Below are positions 28,020-37,649 of a DNA stretch of 64,000 bases, piece after piece. Each line of letters begins with the position of its first letter. Position 1 is the stretch's first letter. Origin of the DNA: Gammaproteobacteria bacterium (GTDB lineage Bacteria; Pseudomonadota; Gammaproteobacteria; Ga0077536). The stretch is from NCBI GenBank assembly GCA_963662545.2, contig CAXXLL010000002.1, forward strand, positions 1,792,001 through 1,856,000, in the 5' to 3' direction. The position numbers were made by a program, and so were the translations under genes. The notes under the pieces are model-generated. The model was not told where the DNA came from. It did no database searches and saw only the letters and a program-made list of their open reading frames with translations.

Positions 28020-28886
28020 GTGCATTACCTGCATCAGGAGACTAGCGACGCCGTGGCACCCCGCTGGAAATTGGACGATATCGCCTGGGACCGCCTCGAT
28101 CCCGGCGCTGTAACCGCGCCGCTGCTGGCGGCCGTAAAAACGGCGGCCTTGGTCGAGGCCAATAGTGCAGATTACGTCACCTATCTCCATAAGGTGTTCG
28201 CTGAGGACCCGGTTTTCAAGGCGGCCGCGACTGCCTGGGGCGTCGAAGAGGCCCAACACGGCGCGGCGCTTGGGCGCTGGGCCGAAACCGTCGATCCGCA
28301 GTTCGATTTCGCGGCGAGCCTTAGGCGATTCCGCGAGGGCTACCGGATCCCTCTGGACACTTCGCGATCGGTTCGCGGCTCTGCCACCGGCGAGCTGCTG
28401 GCGCGCTGCGTCGTGGAATCCGGCACTTGTTCGTATTATTCGGCCGTTCGCGACCACACCTCGGAACCCGTGCTAAAGCAAATTTGCCACCGCATTGCAC
28501 AAGACGAGGCGCATCATTACCAATTGTTCAGGACGCATTATGCGCGGTATGCCGAAAAAAGCCCGATGAGCTTCTGGACCCGTTTGAGGATTGCATTGGG
28601 CCGGGTCGGCGAGACCGGCGACGATGAGCTGGCGTATGCGTACTACAGCGCGAATCTGGCGGCGCTTCGCGACGGTCCTGCCTACGATCGCCGGGTGTGC
28701 GGGCGTACCTATCAACGCATCGCGGCCGGCATGTACGGGCTAGCTCACGTGCGCACGGTGGTTCACATGGTCGCCAACGCCATCGGTGTCCAACCGAGGC
28801 GGTGGTTGATCCGGGCCGGCGCGCGGGCCGGGTGGTGGTGGCTGCGCGGGATCGGGATTTTACATCCGCCTCATGCGGCGGATTGA
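28020..28886 (+). CDS. Ferritin-like diiron protein (acyl-ACP desaturase/rubrerythrin-like)
   Basis: Two ExxH motifs ('EEAQHG', 'DEAHHY') plus 'ALVE' and 'VVESG'. Confidence 0.8.
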   Translation: MHYLHQETSDAVAPRWKLDDIAWDRLDPGAVTAPLLAAVKTAALVEANSADYVTYLHKVFAEDPVFKAAATAWGVEEAQHGAALGRWAETVDPQFDFAASLRRFREGYRIPLDTSRSVRGSATGELLARCVVESGTCSYYSAVRDHTSEPVLKQICHRIAQDEAHHYQLFRTHYARYAEKSPMSFWTRLRIALGRVGETGDDELAYAYYSANLAALRDGPAYDRRVCGRTYQRIAAGMYGLAHVRTVVHMVANAIGVQPRRWLIRAGARAGWWWLRGIGILHPPHAAD

Positions 28887-29740
28887 TAGCGGTCCCAGAT
28901 GAAAGGCACGATCAGCTGAGCACCGAATTTTTCGGGCATATGCTCGCGGATGCCGATGGTCGTTACGTGCTCGTTTGGACGGTGGTAATAAGTGCCGAAC
29001 AGCATGTCCCATAGCATCAGGTTTTCGCCGTAGTTGTTGTTGCCAATCTGGGTGTCGGTCGAATGATGCCAGCGGTGTAGATTGGGGGTGTTGAAGACGT
29101 AATTCAGCCATCCGCAGCGCATGTCTGCATTACAGTGAGTCAGGATCCCGATGTAGGCTGTGATCGCACTGACCCAGATGACGGCGTCCATGGATATACC
29201 GCTCAGCAAGAGAAACGGCAGGCTGGCGAAGACGCTTAAAAATGAATCCACGAAGTGAAACCGGCCGGTATTGACCAGCCACAGGCGCTCGACGCTATGG
29301 TGCACGGCGTGGAAGCGCCACACTAGGGGCCATTCATGCGCCATTCGGTGTGCCCAATACAAGCCAAGCTCCGTTGCGACGAGCCCGAACAGAACCTGTA
29401 CCCACAGCGGCTTGATCGACATAAACGTACCGCCGCGGCCGTCGATCAGGCCGAGTGTTAGAAAGGTGACGATGAAGAGCTGGACCAAGCCTTTGTTCAG
29501 CAGGGTGTGACTCAAATCCGGCCCGGTTTGGCCATCCGCCCGCCGCCAATCGGCGCGGTAGACGAACCGCCGCTCCAGCAGGAACAGCCACGCGACGATC
29601 CACCCATAGGACAGGTTGAAGTAAAGCGTTTCGCCACCACGCGAGAATCCGAGCGCTAATATGCCACCCGAGGACGCCAGCAGAGCAGGCCAGGCCAGGG
29701 ATTTCGCCCAGGTTACCGGAGATAGTATCGGGCGGTTCAT
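28871..29740 (-). CDS. Sterol desaturase / fatty acid hydroxylase family membrane diiron enzyme
   Basis: His boxes 'HRMAH', 'FHAVHH', 'THCN', 'HRWHH', and 'WDMLFGTY'; start at MNRP (29740). Confidence 0.88.
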   Translation of the reverse strand: MNRPILSPVTWAKSLAWPALLASSGGILALGFSRGGETLYFNLSYGWIVAWLFLLERRFVYRADWRRADGQTGPDLSHTLLNKGLVQLFIVTFLTLGLIDGRGGTFMSIKPLWVQVLFGLVATELGLYWAHRMAHEWPLVWRFHAVHHSVERLWLVNTGRFHFVDSFLSVFASLPFLLLSGISMDAVIWVSAITAYIGILTHCNADMRCGWLNYVFNTPNLHRWHHSTDTQIGNNNYGENLMLWDMLFGTYYHRPNEHVTTIGIREHMPEKFGAQLIVPFIWDRYQSAA

Positions 29741-29775
29741 CGAATCGCCCTCGCCAACCGCGACGGCCGGTTTGC

Positions 29776-30423
29776 TCAATTGACCGGGCAACTGCGGCGC
29801 AAAGCCGTCGAAATACGATACTGGTCGTTCGACCTGTCCCGGGCAAGCCCACAATGCACTTCGGTTCGCACGGCATAACCCGAAGTGTGCTCGGCGATCA
29901 GAAAAGTGTAACGCGGGCTGCAATTCGAATAACAGCGTTCGTACAATAATTTGCCGTCTTCGCCCCAGCCCTGCGAGAAATCCATGATCCAATCGTTCAG
30001 CGCGTCGACCGATTCGAACTCCCTCGGTTCGAACAGCAGGGGCTTCTCCTTGGTCTCGGTATCCAACTTGATGCAGACATCGTGTTGGTCTTCGGCCGCT
30101 AACAAGGACATCGGCGCAACGCGATAAACGACCTCGGCACGTTCCGAATCCGTACAGCCAGACCCACAACCCGCGGGGTCGTCGGCTTCACTGGTCAATG
30201 CCTCGTCGAGCAGCCGGCCAGCGACCTCGCGGATCGAATCGGGGTGCCCCGCCAGGTTCTGAATGATACCTGCCGAGCCATATTCGATCGCCAACGGGGT
30301 TTCGGCGCGTGGATCCGGGCAATCGAGCGCAACGCCCGCGATCATCTCCGGCGGTTCGCTCGCTATCGACAGCGCCGGCACAAGCAGGGCAGTGAATACT
30401 ACTATTTTAATATTTTTCAACAT
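29776..30423 (-). CDS. Exported Cys-rich hypothetical protein
   Basis: Signal peptide; 8 Cys including two CxxxC; no recognised family. Confidence 0.65.
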   Translation of the reverse strand: MLKNIKIVVFTALLVPALSIASEPPEMIAGVALDCPDPRAETPLAIEYGSAGIIQNLAGHPDSIREVAGRLLDEALTSEADDPAGCGSGCTDSERAEVVYRVAPMSLLAAEDQHDVCIKLDTETKEKPLLFEPREFESVDALNDWIMDFSQGWGEDGKLLYERCYSNCSPRYTFLIAEHTSGYAVRTEVHCGLARDRSNDQYRISTALRRSCPVN

Positions 30424-30703
30424 GTTACTTGTGGAACCTAAAGTGTCTACTCCAAATAGTAGTCTATTAACACCTTAAATATCAATAATTAACAGTTGAA
30501 ATCTGAACGAAATTATAATTAGTAACGGTTGTTTTGCAATCGAACGATGAATCATAGCGCATGGAACGGTTGCAGATTAAACGTTGCGATGCACAAAATC
30601 AATGAAAGCGTGGCGTATCTACGCCGGGCTGGATGCGGCTCCCGTCACCGTAAAAACGAGGAGGGTGGTGCGCTAATCGCGCGTTGTTAGCGTAACGCGC
30701 CGA

Positions 30704-31210
30704 TTACGACGGATTATCGCGAATGAAGCGGTCTATCGCCTCGGTCTTGATCGGACCGACGGTCTGCGCAGCAATCTGTCCCTGGGGATCGAACAGCAGA
30801 TAGGTCGGTGTTCCTTTGAATTCTTCACCCGTCGTCTCGTTGAAACCCGGGGCGATTTCGGCGATCTCGCCGATCACACTATCGAATGAGGGAGGGCGGT
30901 TGGCGATGTAAACACGAACTTCCTCAGTGTACCGATAACCATCGACCGAAATGCCGACGACTTTGAGATCCTCCTCGTGACGTTCGTTATGCAATGCGCT
31001 GATGATCGGATATTGCTGGGCGCAAACACCGCAGTAAGTGGTCCAGATCATAACGAGTGTCCACTTTCCGGGCTCGAAATATTCCGCGAGCATGGCCTTC
31101 TGCCCGTCGAGCGTCCGCACCTTGATGTCGCCTGCAGCGCTTGCGGACAGGGCAATGAGTGTCGCGGTGGTGAACAAGACAGTGCATAGGGTTTTATGGA
31201 TGAATTTCAA
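30704..31210 (-). CDS. Exported TlpA/redoxin family thioredoxin-like protein
   Basis: Signal peptide; 'WTTYCGVC', 'VVGISVD', cis-Pro 'GTPTYLLFDPQG'. Confidence 0.85.
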   Translation of the reverse strand: MKFIHKTLCTVLFTTATLIALSASAAGDIKVRTLDGQKAMLAEYFEPGKWTLVMIWTTYCGVCAQQYPIISALHNERHEEDLKVVGISVDGYRYTEEVRVYIANRPPSFDSVIGEIAEIAPGFNETTGEEFKGTPTYLLFDPQGQIAAQTVGPIKTEAIDRFIRDNPS

Positions 31211-31537
31211 TGAGGAGGCTCCAGTGCGTTATCCGGCGGGCGCGCTGCAAATTAGATGACGACCATAGCCCGGAGTTCAATCAGGACGTAGTTCCCACCA
31301 CCCTGGCGCCGCGGGCGACGAGCCGCGGGCGAAAATACCCGTTGCCGTGGGCCGGATTCGGGGCGGCGGCTAGATTGGCGTCGATCCGGCAGCTCGCCAC
31401 TGGCCTCGGCGCGTGCATTGACCTCCAGACGCTCGCGTCATATAAGTTCGATGCCCATCATGAACGCCGACGCCAGGGCCACGTGAAAATCGTTAGAAGA
31501 AACTGATCAGGCGTCTGTCCCACGAGGAGAACATGCA

Positions 31538-32188
31538 ATGAAATTACTGAATTCCTTCGGACCGAACCCGCGGGCAGTCCGTATGTTCGCATTGGAAAAG
31601 GGGTTGGATCTGCCGACCGAAGATCTCGACCTGCTGGCAGGCGAAAACCGTGCCGAACCCTACGTCAAGAAGAACCCGGGCGGACAAATGCCGGCGCTCG
31701 AGCTCGACGACAGCACGATAATCGCCGAGACGGTGGTAATCTGCGAGTACCTCGAGGAGCTGCATCCCGAACCGGTATTGATCGGCGCCGACGCACTGGC
31801 GCGGTCAAATACACGGATGTGGTTGCGACGCGTCGAACTCAACGTTACCGAGCACATGTACAACGGCTTTCGCTACGCCGAGGGCATCGACATTTTCCGC
31901 GACCGCATGGTCTGCATACCCGAGGCGGCGGACGGACTCAAGGCCAAAGCCAAGGCCGCGCGAGAATGGTTGGATGGACTGATTGCGGGCCGGGACTACG
32001 TCGCTGGCGACGCCTTTACCCTCGCCGACATCGTGCTCTACTGCTGTCTGGATTTCTGCCGCGGCGTCGGTCAGCCGCTGGAGGCAGACCTCAAAAACCT
32101 GTCCGCGTGGTTCGCCCGCATCGACGGGCGCGACAGCGCCGCGGCCGCCATGCACCCCGCCGCCCCAGAGTTGAAAATGGCGGGTTGA
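31538..32188 (+). CDS. Glutathione S-transferase family protein
   Basis: 'GPNPRAVR', 'KNPGGQMPALELDD', 'ETVVICEYLEE', 'FTLADI'; GAGGAG RBS. Confidence 0.92.
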   Translation: MKLLNSFGPNPRAVRMFALEKGLDLPTEDLDLLAGENRAEPYVKKNPGGQMPALELDDSTIIAETVVICEYLEELHPEPVLIGADALARSNTRMWLRRVELNVTEHMYNGFRYAEGIDIFRDRMVCIPEAADGLKAKAKAAREWLDGLIAGRDYVAGDAFTLADIVLYCCLDFCRGVGQPLEADLKNLSAWFARIDGRDSAAAAMHPAAPELKMAG

Positions 32189-32197
32189 AGCTTCGTC

Positions 32198-32236
32198 GGG
32201 GCAACCGCCGCCGTTGAGACCGGCGGCGGTTGTCCC
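32198..32236. terminator. Strong GC-rich hairpin between convergent genes (terminator or REP-like)
   Basis: CAACCGCCGCCG-ttgagac-CGGCGGCGGTTG perfect 12-bp stem; no U-tract. Confidence 0.55.
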
Positions 32237-32238
32237 AC

Positions 32239-33378
32239 TCAGGCCGCTTTACTGTCGTCCCGCATGAACGCCGGGGGACCGTCGACTTGCATGTCGAACG
32301 GCGGGCTGTGGCCGAGTTTCTTGAGTTCCGGCATGACTTCCCGCGCAAACAGGCTCAGGTTGTCCTGCGCCATTTTCTGTTCCATCCCGGCGTAGCTGAA
32401 AACACCCGTGAACCCGCAGCAATCGGTGCGGGCGTGGATATCCTTGACCTTTTCGTAGCACTGTTCGGGCGTACCCCAGACCTGCAGGCTCATGAAGAAT
32501 TCCGCCATGCCGTCCACGCCTTCCGATTCCATCGTCTCGGTCAGCCGCTTGTAATATTCGTAGCCCTTGGTGTGCTCGAAATGATCACTCTGCATTTCGT
32601 AGTGCTTGACCACGGATTGCCAGTAACCGCCAATGTACTTGCGCGCTATCGCCTCCGCCTTGGCCGCGTCCTTGTCGCAGGCCACCCAGCCGGCGATATA
32701 CGGGCGCGGCGCAGCGACACCCTGTTCGGCGAGAAACAGCTTGTTGTATTCAGCGAGTTCGGCGGCGTGCTCTTCCCACGGCTTCTGAGGAATGACGAGG
32801 ATGCCAATGCCGAGCCGCGCCATGATCAAGGAGGATTCGGGTGAAATCGCGGCCGCGTAAGTGCGGTTTTTGAACGAGCGGAACGGCTCGGGGCGAATTC
32901 GTACCCTCGGCTGCTTGACGTATTTACCGTCGTACTCGCAGTAGCCCTGTTCGAGCCCCTGCAGGATCATCTCTGCGCTTTCGACGAAACGCTCGCGCGA
33001 TTCCCCCATCGGTACGCGGAAGCCCTCGAATTCGACGCGTCCGAGGCCGCGGCCGATGCCGAACAGCACCCGCCCGTCCGTCATGCAGTCGAGCATGGAG
33101 ATTTTCTCTGCAACCCGGATGGGATCGTTCCACGGCAAGACCACCACCATCGAGCCGAGCTTGACCTTCTTGCAATGCCCGCCGACAAACGCAAGAAACT
33201 GAACGACGTCCGGTGTCATGGTGTAGTCGGTGAAGTGATGCTCCACGCCCCACACCGAATCGTAACCGAGGCCTTCCGCGCTCAGTGCCAAGGCCATGTC
33301 TTGTTGAATGACGGAATAATCGCTGACGCCGCTGTCGCGGCCCGGATTCTGGAAAATGGATGCCATGCCGACGTGCAT
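32239..33378 (-). CDS. Luciferase-like (LLM) flavin-dependent monooxygenase
   Basis: 'AEGLGYDSVWGVEHHF', 'DPIRVAEKISMLD', 'GIGRG', 'WGTPE'; start MHVG with GGAG RBS. Confidence 0.9.
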   Translation of the reverse strand: MHVGMASIFQNPGRDSGVSDYSVIQQDMALALSAEGLGYDSVWGVEHHFTDYTMTPDVVQFLAFVGGHCKKVKLGSMVVVLPWNDPIRVAEKISMLDCMTDGRVLFGIGRGLGRVEFEGFRVPMGESRERFVESAEMILQGLEQGYCEYDGKYVKQPRVRIRPEPFRSFKNRTYAAAISPESSLIMARLGIGILVIPQKPWEEHAAELAEYNKLFLAEQGVAAPRPYIAGWVACDKDAAKAEAIARKYIGGYWQSVVKHYEMQSDHFEHTKGYEYYKRLTETMESEGVDGMAEFFMSLQVWGTPEQCYEKVKDIHARTDCCGFTGVFSYAGMEQKMAQDNLSLFAREVMPELKKLGHSPPFDMQVDGPPAFMRDDSKAA

Positions 33379-33476
33379 ATTGCGGTCTCCCGTGGTGGTC
33401 GCCGCCACCGAAATTTGAAGCTTGGTGCGCACCCTACGGGGGGGCACAGTATGAAGTCAACCGTGCGGGTTTGGTC

Positions 33477-34310
33477 TTAGGATGCAAATAATGCGATGGT
33501 CCGCACTTCGATACTCTGCCGCGCCGGCGCGTCGGCGGGCGCGCCCGGATCCTTGAAGGCGGTATGCGCCGAATAGCGCGCACGCCCGTCCCGGGCTGAA
33601 TCGAAGCATTTGAGCAGGAGCACTTCATCCTGACGCATCTGTGAGATGTAGAACCAGCGGTGCGCGGGGTTGTGCCGCACGCTGTAGACCTCACCGGCGC
33701 GGTCCTCGTAGTTGAGATCAGTTGCGATGAAATCCGACGGTTCGATGCTCTTGGCGTCGCAAACGGCAAGTGGCATATCGATCACCGGCTGCATGAGCGG
33801 CCGCCAAACGTTAATAAATGCAAAACGGCGTTGGGCCAAGTCTTCCGCTTCGTCACCCATGAGGTCACGTACGCGCTGCGGACCGGATTTTTCCGTGTAG
33901 TCGTTGTGTACGAAGCGTACCGGTTCGCGTATGCCTGACCCGTCCTGCTCGGACAGCGGCTTGTTACGGACGTTGTGATCGAAGGCATGAACACGGATAG
34001 CTCCCGTCCTGGCTTTAACGATCGCTTCCGATTCCGGGTAGTAGTCCGTCCTTATCACGCCGTCGTTGTAAAAATCGCTGGTGGATGAAGAATGCCGTAC
34101 GGCGGCGAAGCCGTTTTCGTCCAGCGAGACCGTGTCCATGATCGCGCGTAAATCGAACACGCTGACCGTCTGCCGATCGGCCCCAGGCCGGGGCGGCACC
34201 TGGCCTTGTTCGGTTTCGTACAAGTAGTAAGCCGGCCGCTCACCGGTGTAATCGAGGTAGTTGAGGGTCGTCTCAACACGGTCGAGGGCGGCGACATCAA
34301 CTTCAAGCAT
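33477..34310 (-). CDS. CmcJ/NvfI/AsaB family Fe(II)-dependent hydroxylase/oxidoreductase
   Basis: 'FDHNVR', 'VHNDYT' (HxD), 'INVWRPL', 'PLAVCDA', 'SAHTAF', 'RQSIEVR'. Confidence 0.8.
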   Translation of the reverse strand: MLEVDVAALDRVETTLNYLDYTGERPAYYLYETEQGQVPPRPGADRQTVSVFDLRAIMDTVSLDENGFAAVRHSSSTSDFYNDGVIRTDYYPESEAIVKARTGAIRVHAFDHNVRNKPLSEQDGSGIREPVRFVHNDYTEKSGPQRVRDLMGDEAEDLAQRRFAFINVWRPLMQPVIDMPLAVCDAKSIEPSDFIATDLNYEDRAGEVYSVRHNPAHRWFYISQMRQDEVLLLKCFDSARDGRARYSAHTAFKDPGAPADAPARQSIEVRTIALFAS

Positions 34311-34391
34311 GCGGGCCTCCAAGCGATACGATTAAGGCTTATCCCGTAGTTTACCTCGCGCCGCCTGAAATGTTCAGCGGCTCCTCTGCGC

Positions 34392-35378
34392 CTACAAGGC
34401 CGGGAAGAGGCGCTCCTTGGGATATTCGGCGCCCACCACGTTTTGTAGCGTAATGGCGCGTACCATTTGATACACGCGCACGCGAAACGCCGGATCGCAG
34501 GACATGCGAATGTAAATGTCTTTGTTTTCGATGCCGTAGTCTTCCGCCAGCCATACCATGAGGTTCCGCGTGGCATCGAGGACGGCCTGTTCCATCGGTA
34601 AATTAATGCCGATGGCCACGACACTGTCCGGCTTGTCGATACGAACACAGGGTAGGCGCTTGTTCTTGATCACAGCGCAGCTCATCTGGACAGTGGAGCG
34701 CGTTTCATCGGCAATGCCGGTGAACTCCGTATCGCCCTGGCCCCCGTGAACATCACCCACGTATAGCAGCCCGCCCTCGTTATACGAATTGAGATAGATA
34801 GTGTGGCCGGCACAGATATCGCGACAATCGATGTTGCCGCCAAATGGCCCCTGGCCCAGCACGGAAGTGAATACTTCACGCTCGGGAGCGGTCGCCAGGG
34901 TGCCGATAAAGGGCTGCAAGTCCCAGGTCAGTTTGTCGGAATATTTCCCTTTACCGTCGCGCGTATGTCCACTTGGACCCGGCAAGTGCTCGATGACTTG
35001 AACGTGCGGTTCGGCACATTCCTTGAAGGTGAGCGAGTCACCTAAGGGCCCGATGCCCGGCAGCACACCAGAAAAACCGTAGCGCCAGGGATCGACCCAG
35101 TCGATGGTCACGGCCAAGACGTCGCCGTTTTCACAACCCTCGACGAAAATGGGACCGACCACGGGATTGTATAACGGCGGCCACTGCTGGGTGAGGCGGG
35201 CGAGATGCTCGCCGGTCAAGGTATGCACCTTGGGATCGTCGCTGTCATCGTCGATGAGGCCGGTGAGGGCGTCGTCGGTCTCGAGTTGAAAGGCTTCGCC
35301 CTGCGTGACTTTTAGTACGACTTCGTCGCGGTTATCGAAGGCGTATTTGTCGACAGTTGCTCGTTTGATCAATTGCAT
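34392..35378 (-). CDS. Acetamidase/formamidase family protein
   Basis: 'NPVVGPIFVEG', 'PFIGT', 'GGNID', 'GDVHGGQGDTE'. Confidence 0.88.
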   Translation of the reverse strand: MQLIKRATVDKYAFDNRDEVVLKVTQGEAFQLETDDALTGLIDDDSDDPKVHTLTGEHLARLTQQWPPLYNPVVGPIFVEGCENGDVLAVTIDWVDPWRYGFSGVLPGIGPLGDSLTFKECAEPHVQVIEHLPGPSGHTRDGKGKYSDKLTWDLQPFIGTLATAPEREVFTSVLGQGPFGGNIDCRDICAGHTIYLNSYNEGGLLYVGDVHGGQGDTEFTGIADETRSTVQMSCAVIKNKRLPCVRIDKPDSVVAIGINLPMEQAVLDATRNLMVWLAEDYGIENKDIYIRMSCDPAFRVRVYQMVRAITLQNVVGAEYPKERLFPAL

Positions 35379-35628
35379 CCCGGTTTTCTCCTTGCGGGCG
35401 AATAGAATTCTGTCTCGTAATTCGGATCACGTATTTTATCGATCGGGTAATGTCAGGAAGACGTGTCTCGCCCTGTGGCTGACCCGCCGGTGAAAATCCC
35501 GATGTCCAGTTCATAGTCAAGCGTAACCGCGATGTCAATAAATACCAACAGCGGCAGCGGCTCGGGTCCACGGTGCCGACGCGAGTCCGGCGGTATACTT
35601 GGCCACCACAGCATATAGATTGAAGATC

Positions 35629-37473
35629 ATGGCAGAGATTGCACGGACACACGCGAGGAGAAAGCGAGACCCTTCATTCGAATGGAGCGCACTCAGGGAT
35701 CTCGCGCCCTATCTCTGGCCGCGCGAACAAGCCGGTATCAAACTGCGCGTCGTCGTTGCACTCGCGTTCGTCGTTTGCGCCAAGCTCGCAATGGTCTACG
35801 CCCCGATGCTCTACAAGGTCATGGTCGACCAGTTTTCCGATCCAGCGCGCTTGCCCGTGGAGCTGCCCATTGCGTTATTGCTGGGCTATGGCCTGTTGCG
35901 GGTCATGGCCATTGCCTTCGCTGAACTGCGTGACGCAGTGTTCGCCAAGGTGGCGCAGCGCGCGATCCGCAATGTGTCCCTCAAGACATTCCGTCATCTC
36001 CATAAGTTGGCGCTCCGATTTCACCTGGAACGCCAAACCGGCGGCCTGTCACGTGCCATCGAACGTGGCACCAAGGGCATCGATTTCCTGTTGACATTCA
36101 TGCTGTTCAACATCATTCCTACCTTCCTGGAGATCAGCCTCGTATGCGGCATTCTGTGGTTCTTGTTCAATGCCTGGTATGCGATCGTGACCTTCGTCAC
36201 CATCGCGAGCTACATCACCTACACACTCGCGGTAACCGAGTGGCGGCTCAAATACCGACGCCGCATGAATGAATCCGATCAGGAAGCGAATACCCGCGCG
36301 ATTGACAGTCTCCTGAATTACGAGACCGTGAAGTATTTTGGCAACGAAGATTATGAGGCAAATCGTTTCGACCGGTCTCTGGCGCGATACGAACGTGCAG
36401 CGGTAACGAGTAAAAGCTCGCTTGCTCTACTCAATATCGGACAGGCATCGATCATCGGCGTCGGGCTCACCATCGTCATGGCGATGGCAGGACAGGGTGT
36501 GCTTGCAGGCTCGATGACGGTCGGTGATTTCGTTCTCGTGAATACCTATCTCCTTCAGCTCTACATGCCGTTGAACTTCCTCGGATTCGTCTATCGTGAA
36601 ATCAAGCAATCGTTAACCGACATGGAAGCGATGTTTCACCTGCTCGACGTTAATACCGAAATCACCGATGCCGAAGACGCAAGGCCGCTGGACGAAGGTC
36701 CGGGCAGGGTCGAATTTGACGGGGTCTCTTTTGCCTATGACGAACGTCGCGAGATCCTGCGCGATGTGAGCTTCGTTGTATCGGCCGGACGTCGCGTCGC
36801 GATCGTCGGTGCCAGCGGGGCGGGAAAATCCACTATCGCGCGCCTTCTGTTTCGCTTCTATGACGTGAGCCGCGGCTCAATACGTATCGACGGGCAGGAC
36901 ATCCGCCACGTTACGCAACGCAGCGTGCGGGATGCCTTCGGCGTCGTGCCGCAAGATACCGTGCTGTTCAACGATACGATTTACTACAACATTGCTTACG
37001 GTCGGCCTGGGGCGAGTCCGGCCGAGGTGGAGGAGGCGGCGCGGCTCGCCCAGATACACGCTTTCATCATGGGCTCACCCGACGGCTATGAGACCATGGT
37101 CGGCGAACGTGGGTTGAAGCTGTCTGGAGGCGAGAAACAGCGCGTGGCCATCGCACGCACCATCCTCAAGCAACCCCGTATCCTCATATTCGACGAGGCC
37201 ACCTCGGCTCTCGATACACGAACTGAACGCGAAATTCAGGAGGCGCTCGAGGAGGTGTCACGCGGGCACACGACCCTGGTCATCGCCCACCGCCTGTCGA
37301 CCGTAGTGGACGCGGACGAAATTATCGTACTCAGCGAAGGCGCGATCGCCGAGCGTGGCCGTCATGCGGAACTGCTGCAAGCCGGCGGCCTGTATGCATC
37401 GATGTGGCAACGGCAGCAGGAGGCCGAAACACACAGCGCCGAGCACGGAGATCCGGTCGTCGTACCGACTTGA
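35629..37473 (+). CDS. ATM1/ABCB7-type ABC exporter (fused permease/ATPase)
   Basis: 'FHLERQTG', 'DSLLNYETVKYF', 'PLNFLG', Walker A GASGAGKS, LSGGEKQ, DEATSALD. Confidence 0.92.
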   Translation: MAEIARTHARRKRDPSFEWSALRDLAPYLWPREQAGIKLRVVVALAFVVCAKLAMVYAPMLYKVMVDQFSDPARLPVELPIALLLGYGLLRVMAIAFAELRDAVFAKVAQRAIRNVSLKTFRHLHKLALRFHLERQTGGLSRAIERGTKGIDFLLTFMLFNIIPTFLEISLVCGILWFLFNAWYAIVTFVTIASYITYTLAVTEWRLKYRRRMNESDQEANTRAIDSLLNYETVKYFGNEDYEANRFDRSLARYERAAVTSKSSLALLNIGQASIIGVGLTIVMAMAGQGVLAGSMTVGDFVLVNTYLLQLYMPLNFLGFVYREIKQSLTDMEAMFHLLDVNTEITDAEDARPLDEGPGRVEFDGVSFAYDERREILRDVSFVVSAGRRVAIVGASGAGKSTIARLLFRFYDVSRGSIRIDGQDIRHVTQRSVRDAFGVVPQDTVLFNDTIYYNIAYGRPGASPAEVEEAARLAQIHAFIMGSPDGYETMVGERGLKLSGGEKQRVAIARTILKQPRILIFDEATSALDTRTEREIQEALEEVSRGHTTLVIAHRLSTVVDADEIIVLSEGAIAERGRHAELLQAGGLYASMWQRQQEAETHSAEHGDPVVVPT

Positions 37474-37649
37474 ACCGCCTGTACGGAGCCGATCGGCCAA
37501 GTGTTAAAATCTGTTGAAGAATCTGGCCGTTCCCGGGTCTTTGTCGAGGGAAGCGATACCATCCACGCGGATGCGTCGTGGTATTACGTTGCCAAGACGA
37601 CGCGAGCCTTTGCGGTCATTCGAACTACGAGGCATGAACGAAAAACCTG

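Noticed and set aside
35629-37473. ATM1-type exporter and GSTs as part of the sHdr system
   Set aside because: More than 15 kb from the shdr locus and widespread in non-sulfur oxidisers; no sequence evidence of linkage.
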